The notes: a model not told the origin generated them from the letters alone. A stretch of DNA of 45,893 bases from an uncultured Chlamydiae bacterium (GCA_937899275.1 CALBPE010000096.1:1-45893); one strand, 5' to 3'. Counted from the first letter of the stretch, positions 30,401-38,713 are shown. Made by a program: numbers and translations.

Positions 30401-30426
30401 ATAAAGCAGTCTGAACACTTGTACAT
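27412..30426 (-). CDS. lanB: Class I lanthipeptide dehydratase (glutamylation and elimination domains)
   Basis: MVRI, EAIAIASPSL, KYILRMTSRTTPFGLF, HID, GRF, HLRLR, YEREVERYGG, FYADS, HMHCNRLLG; 1004 aa. Confidence 0.96.
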   Translation of the reverse strand: MYKCSDCFMVRIANLPLDTKNTIDFDDPDAIFKFYETQPKFQEAIAIASPSLYKSLKKGSSTKDKKQLAFSLIKYILRMTSRTTPFGLFSSVALGSFESTTFLDIETEKMKKKVWFDSGVITKIQKLLTSPLVDKNLLYVMRNPQLIYSEQRVFLYGNNDANNTHRSIKKTEFLLILLEISKHSIKYQDLKRKISELFPKTGIDQIENYLKILIDKRFLITEFEDFFQIKHSPEILIKKLQKIDKESSVLFEASKQLKMYEKGAKICLYQLRKNLIGWQENTTNALHIDSYYPKTKFTLSKNVQTSLCNAVSAFIGCFSKDHLKDTKENFKHFFIEKFGLHKACSLGELLPWIRPHLIEAEKTLKKNSLMNLCLSELQGKEIDLKKIISKSPEFFHNSEESLPSIDALFELQASSVKEVDQGNFQIYLKGLTSFLGATMGRFCYLWDKQKVDQLRVTLNQNSEMLSPLIPVEIEPYPEQMHQMSIGIGARLRRFRLPLYYHKPSPDTLSLDDIIIKALPDRVCAYSKSLKRELHFVVGTAISIRSLPLTIRFLLFLSSYQVNPISLLTDTALVENTYMPQIKYENVILSQEKWLIDYSTLNITKIVNLDEIQHAFEKKLNKCNIFGKFTLSFFDNVLHLDRNIKSHMTIASAELMKNKKLVLSRALINPHHNLIKDGNNKFASEFVVPLVFSGRKKKLIPEKNFSASTSIATSAIFPGDEWLFMKLFFPEEQVNFILKNHIFLFMDKLKLKYPILKWFYINYQEENFHLRLRIKALPCLWEKGLFFEVQNYMKQLFKKEIIQDMQICLYEREVERYGGPDAINAAEKVFYADSIYCKKILSHSEWSLPLPFIVSFSILNILYAFAPNNESAKKQLLSPPEKKHYLAGIRSFSKQAQKYAIFLFTQSDDFYPDQHELIILQKALHEQKKALVCFAKVIEQIESNGSLSCTKKEVINSLIHMHCNRLLGIRHNLEEKARILTQYLLEKRSFNHHLTLNQLQKSTNL

Positions 30427-30430
30427 ATGA

Positions 30431-31765
30431 TTACCTCAACATGAAAATAGCGGGCCAATTATTATTCTTATATGGCATTAATAAACTAAGTAAGATGCCT
30501 ATAACCCCCGAAATTAATCCGAAGTTATTGATTGGTGTTGCTGTACGCGGGTTTACAGATAAAGGGATACATTTTAATCCAAAAGGGGCGCTGTCATCCA
30601 TTTCATTGATGATTTTGTGAGATAAAAAATCATTAAGGTTAGAAATTTCCTCAGATTTATCTAATGATAAAAATTGATGAGCTATAGATAAAATTCCCGC
30701 AGCTCCATAGCAAAATGATAGTTGTTTATGATAATTATAACATTTGATTCTAGGTATCTGCTGTATGAATTCTTTTACACAATACCTTTTCAATGGTTCG
30801 TTTTTAAGAGCTTTTGCGGCTAAAAGTATGGAGTTGTAAATTCCAGGTGCTCCGTAGCTCCATCCGTCAAAATAAAAATCACATTTACTTTCAAAGATAG
30901 TTGATTTTGATGGATTAAATCCAAATCTTCTGGGCCAGACTTTTGGAACTGAAGCTACAGATTGTCTTGTGTTTTTAAGCCAATCAATAATATATAAAAT
31001 GGATTCCACCTGTTTTGGTACTTCTATGCCGCATAATAAGGATTTTCCTAGAGTAGACAAATAGCCAGATATGCCGTGGGCCACTCCTAAATCAAAAAAA
31101 CCTTGAGGGTAGAGGTTTAGAAATTCTTGAGCGACTTCAGTAGGTAGATCTAAAAAGAAATCGGGTGGGTTTAACCAACCGGGAACGGTTTGTGATTCAA
31201 TTTTTAGAGGGCCAGAGATTTGTACAATTATTGTTAAAAACTTCTTGATTAATTCTACAGAGAAAGGTTCGTGAGTAAAATTTAATAGATAACTTATATA
31301 GCCGCATATTCCGCATAGCAAATCATATGAAGTGTATCCACTTTTCTTTACATTTGGAGTAGTCACGGTTTGAAACTTACAAAGAAGTAAATGATGTATT
31401 TTTGTATGTAAATTTTTATAAGATTCATCTTTTAGAGAAGCAATCCACAAAGCATATGCAATTCCTGTTAATCCATGAGATAAAGAAATTGAATGATAAC
31501 CTAGAGATTTCAATTCGTGAATAATGGTTTGTGTATAGTGATTGCGGGCTTTTACCCATAATTTATCTGGGAAAATAGCGTTTATTTCTGAAAAAAAAAT
31601 GATCAAAGCCGGGTAGCCAAAATCCAGAGAGAACGGGTTCCAAGGATGGGTTGTTTTGTTGAAAAAAGTATTTTTAGGAGCTGTCGATACCTTGTGGATA
31701 TAGTCGGGATTAGCCAGTTTTTCTGCTATTTTTAGCACAGTTTTTGTTGGAATATTAGATTGCAT
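30431..31765 (-). CDS. lanC: LanC-like cyclase with atypical Zn-ligand motifs
   Basis: SLDFGYPAL, YDLLCGICG, DLGVAHGISG, WP, GWSYGAPG, FCYGAAG, GLISGVIG, W..IFM. Confidence 0.92.
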   Translation of the reverse strand: MQSNIPTKTVLKIAEKLANPDYIHKVSTAPKNTFFNKTTHPWNPFSLDFGYPALIIFFSEINAIFPDKLWVKARNHYTQTIIHELKSLGYHSISLSHGLTGIAYALWIASLKDESYKNLHTKIHHLLLCKFQTVTTPNVKKSGYTSYDLLCGICGYISYLLNFTHEPFSVELIKKFLTIIVQISGPLKIESQTVPGWLNPPDFFLDLPTEVAQEFLNLYPQGFFDLGVAHGISGYLSTLGKSLLCGIEVPKQVESILYIIDWLKNTRQSVASVPKVWPRRFGFNPSKSTIFESKCDFYFDGWSYGAPGIYNSILLAAKALKNEPLKRYCVKEFIQQIPRIKCYNYHKQLSFCYGAAGILSIAHQFLSLDKSEEISNLNDFLSHKIINEMDDSAPFGLKCIPLSVNPRTATPINNFGLISGVIGILLSLLMPYKNNNWPAIFMLR

Positions 31766-32531
31766 GAGTCCTTTTTTTTAAGCGGTGTATCGCGCTTACC
31801 AAAAGCAGTGTAGTAGTGATCGACAGAATACCTAAACAAATCCAATAATTGATAAAACCTTGTTGGCCTAAAACCGCAGCTCTTGTTCCTTCAACTGCAT
31901 ATACCAAGGGGTTGCATAATTGTAGATATCCAAGAGATGGAGAAATAGTATGCACACTTTGCCAAGTGTAATAATAACAACTGAACATCAATAATGGTGT
32001 AATTACTCTTGCTCCTATCCATGAAAGACTTCGTAAATCTCGAATTAAGCTAGCGATCCATAAAGCAAATGCACCATAAAATACGTTCGAAACAAAAAAA
32101 ATGAGGAAAAACCTCATAGAAATAAAGTTTGAGAGTTGTAATTTATTAAATAAAATTAATTTTCCTATAGGAATTAGTATGCTCATTTGTAGAAGTAGTG
32201 TAAGTGACCAAGAAAGTGCAATAGCCAAAAATATAAAAGAAGCTTTTAGAGGAAGTACAAGGTAATTTTGTATTTTTTTATCCATAATGTCTTGAGCAAG
32301 TACAGTTGCTTTCCAAAGAACCTCGTAGATTCCAAAAGAAGCGATTGAGCTTACAAAAAAGAAAACTCCATAATTAGGATTCAGGCCGGAAAAACTCATA
32401 AAATAACCGAAAACAGCCACACTTGTAAGAAGCAAAATAGATGAATCTATTACTTTATTTCGGATTTCTTTTGAAAAAAGAAATATTTCTTTTCCAATTA
32501 AAGCTAAAAAACAGTTCCAAGACTTGTTCAT
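31755..32531 (-). CDS. ABC-2 type exporter permease
   Basis: About six TM segments, LVLPL, NPLVYAVEGTRAA. Confidence 0.9.
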   Translation of the reverse strand: MNKSWNCFLALIGKEIFLFSKEIRNKVIDSSILLLTSVAVFGYFMSFSGLNPNYGVFFFVSSIASFGIYEVLWKATVLAQDIMDKKIQNYLVLPLKASFIFLAIALSWSLTLLLQMSILIPIGKLILFNKLQLSNFISMRFFLIFFVSNVFYGAFALWIASLIRDLRSLSWIGARVITPLLMFSCYYYTWQSVHTISPSLGYLQLCNPLVYAVEGTRAAVLGQQGFINYWICLGILSITTTLLLVSAIHRLKKRTHAI

Positions 32532-33265
32532 ATGGTTTCTCCAGATAACAGTTGTGCAAGTGCAGATTCAAAATGTGTTTCTTTTAGATTCCCCTGAAGC
32601 GATTTTACCGTTTTCACTCCTTCTAATTTTCCTTGATGTAATATCAAAAGATGATCTGCGTAATTTTCCACTTCTTGTAGATAATGTGTTGAAAACAGCA
32701 ATGTCACCCCTTGTTGTTTTAAATCTAAAAGTTTTTTCCATAAATTATCTCTGGCAATGATATCGAGCCCTACAGAAGGCTCATCTAGTATCAAAAATTT
32801 CGGTGAATGCATCAAAGTTTTTGCAATCATAAACCGTTGTTTAGATCCTCCAGATAAGACAAAAGGAAATGTGTCTGTGTAATCTTGTAGGTCAAAATCT
32901 TCTATTAACTGTTCTGCTTTTCTATTCGATTGTTTTTTGTTTAACCCGTAATACCTACCTTGGAATTGTAGTATTTGTTTTATAGTCAGGTTGGTCTCGA
33001 GTGTTTGTTCCTGAGGACAATAACCGATAAATCTTCTGTAGTCTGTGATCTGTGAAGCGATTGATTTGTTGTTCCAATAAATCTCTCCAGAAGAAGGGGC
33101 ATGTAGACTTGCTAAGAGCTGCATGAACGAGCTTTTGCCCGCCCCGTTTATACCTAGTAATCCGTAAGTAAAGCCTTCGTCAATTTGAAAATCGATATTT
33201 TCGAGGACTTTATGAGAGCCGTAATTTTTTTTTACTTTGCAAATTTTAATCAAGGTATTGGTCAT
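32528..33265 (-). CDS. ABC exporter ATP-binding protein (DrrA/NodI-like)
   Basis: GINGAGKS, GYCPQ, LSGG, LILDEP, STHY. Confidence 0.95.
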   Translation of the reverse strand: MTNTLIKICKVKKNYGSHKVLENIDFQIDEGFTYGLLGINGAGKSSFMQLLASLHAPSSGEIYWNNKSIASQITDYRRFIGYCPQEQTLETNLTIKQILQFQGRYYGLNKKQSNRKAEQLIEDFDLQDYTDTFPFVLSGGSKQRFMIAKTLMHSPKFLILDEPSVGLDIIARDNLWKKLLDLKQQGVTLLFSTHYLQEVENYADHLLILHQGKLEGVKTVKSLQGNLKETHFESALAQLLSGETI

Positions 33266-33837
33266 TTTGCGTCTTCCAGTTTTATTCTATTTTTTGCTTC
33301 TTCATTGATTAACTGAATCACTGCATCTACAGGAGGCATACAAAACTCCTCCCTTAGATCTTTAGTAAACACTTCGAAGGTTTTTTGCCGTACAAACGGA
33401 ACGATCTTATGACCATAGTCTTGCAAAAGCGCTATATTTTTTCTTAAAGCAGGATTGTTCCACATGGTCTTATTCATATTGGGTATAAAAATTATAGGTT
33501 GGGTATGTGATAAGGCAGTAGCAGCTAAAAGCGTATCAGCAAAACCGTTGGCGGTTTGGGCTATGAAATTAGCGGTTGTAGGTAAAATCACCATTAAATC
33601 TGCCCAATCCGCTAATTCTATGTACGAACCCCCTTTTTCATTAGAAGCTGGGAAAAGATCAGAATATACGTCATTTACAAGTACTGCTATAGCTTCTTTG
33701 GTAATGAATCGAGAAGTAGAATGGGTTAAAGCAACCTTCATTTTAGGATAATGCGCTTTCAATATTGGCAAGTAAATAGGCATGTTTAATACACCTACTG
33801 ACCCTGTGATGCCTACTAATAATCTTAAATTCCGCAT
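33262..33837 (-). CDS. lanD: HFCD flavoprotein, EpiD/LanD-like peptidyl-cysteine decarboxylase
   Basis: GITGSV, PTTANFIA, PNMNKTMWNNP, KTFEV clamp (EpiD-like, with no CoaC-type Cys motif); located in the lanBC operon. Confidence 0.88.
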   Translation of the reverse strand: MRNLRLLVGITGSVGVLNMPIYLPILKAHYPKMKVALTHSTSRFITKEAIAVLVNDVYSDLFPASNEKGGSYIELADWADLMVILPTTANFIAQTANGFADTLLAATALSHTQPIIFIPNMNKTMWNNPALRKNIALLQDYGHKIVPFVRQKTFEVFTKDLREEFCMPPVDAVIQLINEEAKNRIKLEDAK

Positions 33838-33903
33838 GCTCTACATCATAAAAAAATCATCTCTATATAACGGGCATGTACATTTTATGTCTAGAAAAAA
33901 AAG

Positions 33904-33932
33904 TTGACTAAATTGAGGCATAAAATTATTTT
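33904..33932 (+). promoter_or_regulatory. Putative sigma70/sigma66 promoter for the precursor gene
   Basis: TTGACT (33904-33909), 17 nt, TATTTT (33927-33932); RBS AGGAGG at 33961-33966. Confidence 0.45.
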
Positions 33933-33972
33933 AACACTGTAAATTATTTATAAACTTAACAGGAGGTTTTAT

Positions 33973-34131
33973 ATGTCTTTACAAGTAAATGATTTAAGGC
34001 TAGATGCGCAGTTTCGGGAACTACCAGATTTAGAGGTGGATTTTCAAGAAATTTCATCAGTTGCCGACCAAACTATGTTTGGTGCTATGAGTTCAGTGCC
34101 TTGTATTGGTACAGCAATTTTGATGTGCTAA
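33973..34131 (+). CDS. lanA: Lanthipeptide precursor peptide (52 aa), not in the ORF track
   Basis: AGGAGG RBS then MSLQVNDLRLDAQFRELPDLEVDFQEISSVADQTMFGAMSSVPCIGTAILMC*; acidic leader with LxLD motif, Ser/Thr/Cys core, terminal Cys; divergent from lanD. Confidence 0.9.
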   Translation: MSLQVNDLRLDAQFRELPDLEVDFQEISSVADQTMFGAMSSVPCIGTAILMC

Positions 34132-34150
34132 GCATCTTTTTAGTGCTCAT

Positions 34151-34190
34151 CGCTCTTTTCACTTTAAGAAAAGAGCGGCCTTTCTATTTT
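34151..34190 (+). terminator. Intrinsic terminator-like hairpin after lanA
   Basis: CGCTCTTTTC-actttaa-GAAAAGAGCG perfect 10-bp stem (34151-34177) followed by a T-rich tract. Confidence 0.7.
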
Positions 34191-34214
34191 AATCAATAAG
34201 AGAAAAGACAGGTT

Positions 34215-35240
34215 TTAAAAAGTTACCTGATAGGTCAAGATCCCTCCGATAAAGTCGTTTTCGTTTCTTCCGTAAACTGAAAACCACATACCTGCAACTA
34301 GCCCAGAATTTGCGTCAAAATTGTATTCCAGACCTGGAGCAATGCTTAAGATATCACTAGAAGAAGAGCCGTTAATGGGAATGGAGCCGTCTTGGTTTGT
34401 GCCCGAAGAGCCTTGAAAAAATGAAGCGTCAGAGTAGGTGTAAACCACATCGCATACAGTAGATAGCTTTTTAGATAGACTTCCTTCAAATCCAAAGTTC
34501 AACTTGTATTCATGGCCTTTGGTGATGGTTCCTTTCGTATTTTCAGCGCCTCCATAAGCGTTGATGCCCTTCACTTTGATAGGCGATGTGTATACATCGA
34601 ACAACAGGGTTAGACGAAGGTTCATGGGCCGGTTAAAAATCCACCAAACTACTTTTGAGGTATTGAAAGATAAAGAGGTGACAAAAGAGCCGTTTCCACT
34701 TAAGTCCAGACCTTGTTTTCTTGGACTGCTTTTTTGAAATTTTCCTGTAGGAAAACTTTGTACGGCGTACATCTTTGCAGCAGGTGTATACAGACCCTCT
34801 TCGGCTAACTGCAGGCCAAGCTCTACCTCTACATCAGAAAATCCCCCTCCAGAAACCTGGTTTTGTATTTGGTAAACGCCGCCTAAAGTAATGACAAAAT
34901 CTGCGTTAGGCCATAGCCCAAACTGCAAAATATTGAGAGGGTTGATGACAACAAGGTTATCGATCGATCTGCTTTTTCGGTTGTTGCTATAACGAGAGTG
35001 GTTGTCGATCACAAAAATATAGGGCTGGGTATTGACTTTTCCTACAGGAATTGTATGGGCCGATCCTGTCAGTAAAGGCCCTGAATACCAGGGAGCAAAA
35101 TTACTTTTTGCTCGAGCAAACTCCTCATTTGCATCTTGCAGTTGTTTTTCAATTTCTGCTGGTGAAATGGTAAAAGAGTCTTCATTACAAAATGCAAGAA
35201 AGGGTAAAAAAGCTACAAGAAAAAGAAAAAATGTATGCAT
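34215..35240 (-). CDS. Putative outer-membrane beta-barrel/transporter
   Basis: Signal peptide, PWYSGPLL, FPTGKF, LSIAPGLEYNF, terminal YQVTF. Confidence 0.65.
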   Translation of the reverse strand: MHTFFLFLVAFLPFLAFCNEDSFTISPAEIEKQLQDANEEFARAKSNFAPWYSGPLLTGSAHTIPVGKVNTQPYIFVIDNHSRYSNNRKSRSIDNLVVINPLNILQFGLWPNADFVITLGGVYQIQNQVSGGGFSDVEVELGLQLAEEGLYTPAAKMYAVQSFPTGKFQKSSPRKQGLDLSGNGSFVTSLSFNTSKVVWWIFNRPMNLRLTLLFDVYTSPIKVKGINAYGGAENTKGTITKGHEYKLNFGFEGSLSKKLSTVCDVVYTYSDASFFQGSSGTNQDGSIPINGSSSSDILSIAPGLEYNFDANSGLVAGMWFSVYGRNENDFIGGILTYQVTF

Positions 35241-35338
35241 ACGGTATCGATTTTGTTAAATTTTGAGTGTATAAATTTTTTCTTTTCTTTTCCTAGAAAA
35301 ATATTGTATAGCTGAAATGAACCTAGAGGTAAATTGCT

Positions 35339-35698
35339 ATGGAACCGTCTTCAGGAGCTGGAAAAGCAGGGGAAAATCCCCAGATACAGCAAGTACAACA
35401 ATTTCGTAAAAGCGCTGAGTTATTTCGAAGCGCTTTAGAGGAATATCACGAAACTGATCCCAAAAACACCCAGAAACTACAAGAGTTTAAAAGCGTCATG
35501 GATAAAGCCATGAGAATCATGAGTGAAACAGCGCAAGAAGCCTGTAGATCGAAAAAGCTCCAAAGCGCAAAAAAGAGATTAGATAAGGATTATCAGAAGT
35601 TCCATCAAGATTTTGAGTCGAAAGATCCTGTTGAGCTCAATCAAGACTACCAAGTTTTAGAAAAAGATATCAAAAACCTTGAAGAGCATTTGCAATAA
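35339..35698 (+). CDS. Hypothetical helical protein
   Basis: AGAGG RBS; 119-aa charged coiled-coil-like ORF. Confidence 0.65.
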   Translation: MEPSSGAGKAGENPQIQQVQQFRKSAELFRSALEEYHETDPKNTQKLQEFKSVMDKAMRIMSETAQEACRSKKLQSAKKRLDKDYQKFHQDFESKDPVELNQDYQVLEKDIKNLEEHLQ

Positions 35699-35733
35699 GG
35701 CAAAATGCCTGGTATGTTGATAAGCTTTCATTT

Positions 35734-37104
35734 TTGGTCGTTGCAATAGTGAAGCGTTTTTCCTCAATTTGCCTTGTTTTGTTTGCTCTCATTTTATTTG
35801 AGCCTAAAATTAATAAAGCGCACCGCTCAATGATGCGGCTTTACACCTCTTCTGCAGAAGAGGTGATTAAAGCGATTCATTTTTGCGTGAGCGACTTTTG
35901 CCTTATCGCTTTATTTTTGTATGTAGCTTTTTTGTATCGAAACATACTGTTTTCTAAAGAGCAAATGATCCTAGCTTTTAAGCTAGGCCTTGCTGGATTG
36001 AGTATCTATATTTCTTGGTATGTATCTCCTTTACCTATACATGCGTATCACGCGTTAATCGGTTTTTTTTGGTGTAGTGTATTATGTAGCTTTTTTGCTT
36101 TGCAGCTATGCTGCTTGCAACTAGGCACAAGAAAGATGCTCCAGGGCTTTTGCGCGTTTTTTGCTGCATGCTCCACTTTTCAAGGAGGGGTTGCTTGTTT
36201 GCAGTATTTTTCAAGGGGATTTTTTGGTTTTCGGTTATTAGGTGAGCCAAAAGGAACGATCTCCAGTTTTTCTAACTGGGTTTTTCGTATTTATGAGGGG
36301 TGCACTTCTTGGGCTTTATCCTTGGGATCTTTTACACCCTCTCAAGGGATGTTTCGCAGTTATGGTACATTTGATCACCCCAATGTACTCAGCGGTTTTT
36401 TAGTATGCGGCGTGATTTTTTCTTTAGCTATTTACGATAGATCAAAGAATAAACGCCTGGTTTTAGCAGCTATTTTTGTGCAGATCTTTGCTCTTTTTGC
36501 CACATTTTCAAGGGCGGGTTTGTTGACGATGGGTTGCATGGGTGTTCTATGGTTTTCCCTGCAAAAAAGAGATTACCGGCAAATTGCTACTTTGGTAGGT
36601 ATAGGGGCGTTTTGTTATATCGGCTTTTTACCTGAGCTTCTTTACCGGGGGGGCGTTGTGAACCGCTCAAAGGTTGCCTGCTTTTCTAACTGGGAAAGGA
36701 TACAAGCGCAAAATGCTTCTATTCGCATGATTTTAAGGCGTCCTTTATTTGGAGTAGGCTTGGAGAATTTTTCTGCTATGTCCCGTTTTGAAGAGGATAA
36801 TTCTATTCGAGTCCATAACTGCTACTTACTCCTTCTTGCAGAACTAGGTATCATAGGGGTGGCTGTTTTTTGCTGGTTTTGGTTGCCGTTACTGTGTCGA
36901 GGATTTTTTCTTACGGAAGATCCGTTGTATTGCGGCGTTTTTTGTGCTGTAATCGCACTTTTTACTTTAGGGCTTTTCGATTTTTATCCGATTGTATCGC
37001 ATAAAATTCGGTTGATGTTTTTTCTTCTTCCCGCATTTTTCTCGATACCTTCTAGATCAAAGAGTATGGTCCAACCAGACCTGATCGAAGAAAATGTGAC
37101 CTAA
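35734..37104 (+). CDS. O-antigen ligase (Wzy_C)-family membrane protein
   Basis: RSYGTFDHPNVL, TFSRAG, PLFGVGLENF, VHNCYLLLLAELGIIG; exact start uncertain. Confidence 0.85.
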   Translation: MVVAIVKRFSSICLVLFALILFEPKINKAHRSMMRLYTSSAEEVIKAIHFCVSDFCLIALFLYVAFLYRNILFSKEQMILAFKLGLAGLSIYISWYVSPLPIHAYHALIGFFWCSVLCSFFALQLCCLQLGTRKMLQGFCAFFAACSTFQGGVACLQYFSRGFFGFRLLGEPKGTISSFSNWVFRIYEGCTSWALSLGSFTPSQGMFRSYGTFDHPNVLSGFLVCGVIFSLAIYDRSKNKRLVLAAIFVQIFALFATFSRAGLLTMGCMGVLWFSLQKRDYRQIATLVGIGAFCYIGFLPELLYRGGVVNRSKVACFSNWERIQAQNASIRMILRRPLFGVGLENFSAMSRFEEDNSIRVHNCYLLLLAELGIIGVAVFCWFWLPLLCRGFFLTEDPLYCGVFCAVIALFTLGLFDFYPIVSHKIRLMFFLLPAFFSIPSRSKSMVQPDLIEENVT

Positions 37105-38640
37105 AGGAGAAATATGTATATTGCGTACGCGTTTCGATACGGCGTAAGCATATTTATAGTGGTATAGGGGAGAAAAAGGAACTTCTTCCATAAGAACTCT
37201 TTCCAGTTTTGTAAAATGGGTTTCTGGGGCGCTTTGGGATTTACACCGATGAAATGCAGTAGTATAACGGGGACTTTCCCAACCAGGGTAGTTGCGAAGG
37301 TTGGTTTTGCTTAAAAATCTTTCAAAGATATTTATCGGGTTTTTAAGCTCACTTACGTAAGCGCAAAGGCAGATTTCATAGTTTTTTGACTGCATCTTTG
37401 CAAGTACCGTTTTCAGAGGGACTTTTTCCAGTTGGACCGATAATCCAAGGGTATTTTTCCAGCTTTCTTTGATGTGTTGTACTAAAAGATCATTTAACCC
37501 CGAGCCGAGATAAGTCAAAGTAAGTGTAGGGACATCAGAGCTTTTCCAGCCTTGCTCTTTTAAAAATTGATTCCATTCTTTAACGGCCATTTCTGTGTGA
37601 TGATCTTCAAAAAATGGCGCAGAATCATCAGTGAAGATAGCGGGAGGAATCACCCGAGTGGCAATTGGTTCATCGAGGTAGGTCAGTTTATCCACCATTT
37701 CTTTACGATGAATGGCGTAGTTTAAAGCGCGGCGAAAAGAACGGTTTTCCAGAGGTTTTTTAGCTACATTGAAGGAAAGAATTTTTGTGCCCCCAATAGA
37801 TACGCTATGGATTTGGTTGTTTTTCTTCATAGTGGGATACGCGCTCACCGGCAAGGGGGAAATAGGAGATCCTATAAAGTCGACTTCTCCTAGCATAAAT
37901 AGCCGCAGATAGCTCATTTCATTAGGAATAATTTGCACAGCAATCCCATCTAATAAAACTGACTGTTTATTGTAATAAAAGGGATTTTTTTTCAGTTTGA
38001 TTTCAGAGCCTCTTTTCCACGATTCTAGTAGAAAAGGGCCGCTTGTAATGAAATCTTCAGAGGCTTGATTGGACCAATTGGGATTGTGTTGATCTGTATG
38101 TTGATGAACAGCTACAAAAGAGCTCAATGTTAACACTTCTAAAAATGGGGGATAAGGCTCATGAAGCTCGATTACAAGCGTCATAGCGTTTTTTGCGTAG
38201 ACGCCAATTTCTTCTACAGAGCCTCCGTGAAGATGCGCCTTTTTTGCCCCACGGATGGGGTAGAGCAAATACGCATCTTTTGATAAGAAAGCAGGTGATA
38301 AAATCTGCCTAAAGCTATGGACAAAAGCAGGCGCTGTAATCGGATCTCCATTTGAAAACCGCGCTTCAGGCGATAAATAAAATGTATAGGTACAGCGATC
38401 TTTTGAAACGGTATAAGATGCAGCAATCCCCGTTTCTATTTCTCCTTTAGAACTCATCCGAACAAGGCCTTCAAATAGCATGGCATGTATAGGAGATGCG
38501 GTCATGCTCACCCCTTTTCTTGGATCCATCCAACAAGGTTCTGCTTTCATCGCAATTTTTAGGTAGTTTTTCGGGAGAGTATCTTTTCCACTACAAGAAA
38601 AAAGTAGACAAAGAGCAAGAAAATAAAGATATTTTTTCAT
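37057..38640 (-). CDS. oppA: Oligopeptide ABC transporter substrate-binding lipoprotein
   Basis: Lipobox LFSC after MKKY (ATG 38640), LFEGLV, YTFYL, FSNGDPITA, SGPFLL, KNPFYY. Confidence 0.88.
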   Translation of the reverse strand: MKKYLYFLALCLLFSCSGKDTLPKNYLKIAMKAEPCWMDPRKGVSMTASPIHAMLFEGLVRMSSKGEIETGIAASYTVSKDRCTYTFYLSPEARFSNGDPITAPAFVHSFRQILSPAFLSKDAYLLYPIRGAKKAHLHGGSVEEIGVYAKNAMTLVIELHEPYPPFLEVLTLSSFVAVHQHTDQHNPNWSNQASEDFITSGPFLLESWKRGSEIKLKKNPFYYNKQSVLLDGIAVQIIPNEMSYLRLFMLGEVDFIGSPISPLPVSAYPTMKKNNQIHSVSIGGTKILSFNVAKKPLENRSFRRALNYAIHRKEMVDKLTYLDEPIATRVIPPAIFTDDSAPFFEDHHTEMAVKEWNQFLKEQGWKSSDVPTLTLTYLGSGLNDLLVQHIKESWKNTLGLSVQLEKVPLKTVLAKMQSKNYEICLCAYVSELKNPINIFERFLSKTNLRNYPGWESPRYTTAFHRCKSQSAPETHFTKLERVLMEEVPFSPLYHYKYAYAVSKRVRNIHISPLGHIFFDQVWLDHTL

Positions 38641-38713
38641 ACAGTAGAAGAAAAGTGTAGGTTCATCTATGGATAACAAGCGTAGCAAATTCTTCTATTA
38701 TTCAGCTTGTAAA

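Noticed and set aside
33262..33837. Flavoprotein as housekeeping CoaC/Dfp
   Set aside because: No CoaB domain, no CoaC-type clamp Cys, EpiD-like PNMN/KTFEV motifs, and it sits in the lanBC operon facing a Cys-terminated precursor.
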